From Mobula hypostoma (taxonomy: Eukaryota): DNA of 64,000 nt. The DNA is taken from contig NC_086100.1 in NCBI RefSeq assembly GCF_963921235.1, forward strand, positions 202,990,001 through 203,054,000, given 5' to 3'. The notes under the pieces were generated by a model. That model saw only the letters and a list, made by a program, of their open reading frames with translations, searched no databases and had not been told where the DNA came from. The position numbers and the translations under genes were made by a program. Shown piece after piece: positions 63,201 through 64,000 of the stretch. Numbering within the stretch: position 1 is the first letter of the stretch; each line of letters starts with the position of its first letter.

Positions 63201-63762
63201 CTTCCGAGAGACCGCTACCGCCGCCATTGCTCCCTGTTCTTTTACGCCAGAGATAAAATGCGTCTCCTCCGAAGGAGATCCAATCTGAATCCGAGGCTCC
63301 ATCGCTACAGTAGGCCCTTTTCCCTTCCCATCTCGCGGCGACTTCACAACAACAGACTTCTTCTGTTGCGGTTTACGAGGCATATCATAGAGTAGTCTTA
63401 CGAAGTTTATAAGTAGTTTTCAGAAAGTATTTATTAACTTTACTTTGTTTAAATGGTACTTTGCTGATTTTTTACGGGAGAGCTGGATTTACACGTCTCA
63501 ATCCCACATCATCACGTGACGACCCCCCCCCCCCCATGGACATTGAACCCTTGGACACTACCTCACTTTTTTTAATAGATAGTATTTCTGTTTTTTGCAC
63601 GTTTTTTAATCTATTCAATATATATACTGTAATTGATTTACTTATTATTATTATTTTAGTTATTTCTTTTTTATCTCTTCTATGTTATGTATTGCATTGA
63701 ACCGCTGCTGCTAAGTTAACAAATTCTGCGTCACATGCTGGTGATAATAAACCTGATTCTGA
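60297..63762 (+). mobile_element. Rex1/Babar-like LINE (RT plus 3' UTR), split by an L1 derivative
   Basis: [31 protein letters not shown]. 3' UTR resumes at ~63536 and ends aataaacctgattctga. Confidence 0.88.
61551..63535 (-). mobile_element. L1-type element retaining 5' end, ORF1 and 3' end but lacking almost all of ORF2
   Basis: ORF1 62254..63383 (coiled coil, LENFSRHNNLKIVGLKEG, IERVHR, YPATL). G-rich 5' end. AATAAA/A tail at ~61551-61572. Flanked by atgaacatt / atggacatt. Confidence 0.8.
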
Positions 63763-64000
63763 CCAAGACATTCACCATGTTGCTGGCATCTGGCTCTATT
63801 GACAGGAAATCCATGCATGCTAGGTTAAGTGGCCCCGCACTCTGCAAGTGGGACAATGGAACGGCCCTCATAGACAGCGTCTTCCTCCATAAACATTGAA
63901 TGCATGACTTCTCTGGCCTCATCTGGGGCCAGTAGAACCGATCTCTGAGAGATCCATAGGTCTTGTCAACCCCCCACACGGCTAGAATCATCATGAAGCA
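63763..64000 (-). mobile_element. Gypsy integrase N-terminal part (HHCC-like zinc finger and first catalytic Asp)
   Basis: GVDKTYGSLRDRFYWPQM...CIQC...ACMDFLSIEPD...NVLV, contiguous with TDHY at ~60296. Confidence 0.82.

Overview
Eukaryotic (vertebrate) genomic DNA. The repeat content suggests a cartilaginous fish, probably a ray or skate (inference only). The window lies inside the F-box gene FBXO41 (+ strand). Four internal coding exons (10391-10752, 31368-31609, 40320-40435, 57591-57743) splice in frame across introns of 20.6, 8.7 and 17.2 kb. Almost everything else is nested transposable elements: many CR1 LINE copies, Rex1/Babar-like LINEs, L1/Tx1 pieces (one retaining only ORF1), three hAT DNA-transposon copies, a split Gypsy integrase and a probable SINE. 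There are also nine insertions of a young Neptune-type Penelope-like element (RT + GIY-YIG). The most notable non-coding signal is a minimal type I hammerhead ribozyme motif (CUGACGA...GAAACGUC, palindromic stem III) near the 3' end of every Penelope-like copy. It occurs 11 times, six with intact cores, four of those on the FBXO41 sense strand. Hammerheads in Penelope-like elements are a known class; their activity here is untested. Boundaries of old, degraded repeats are approximate.
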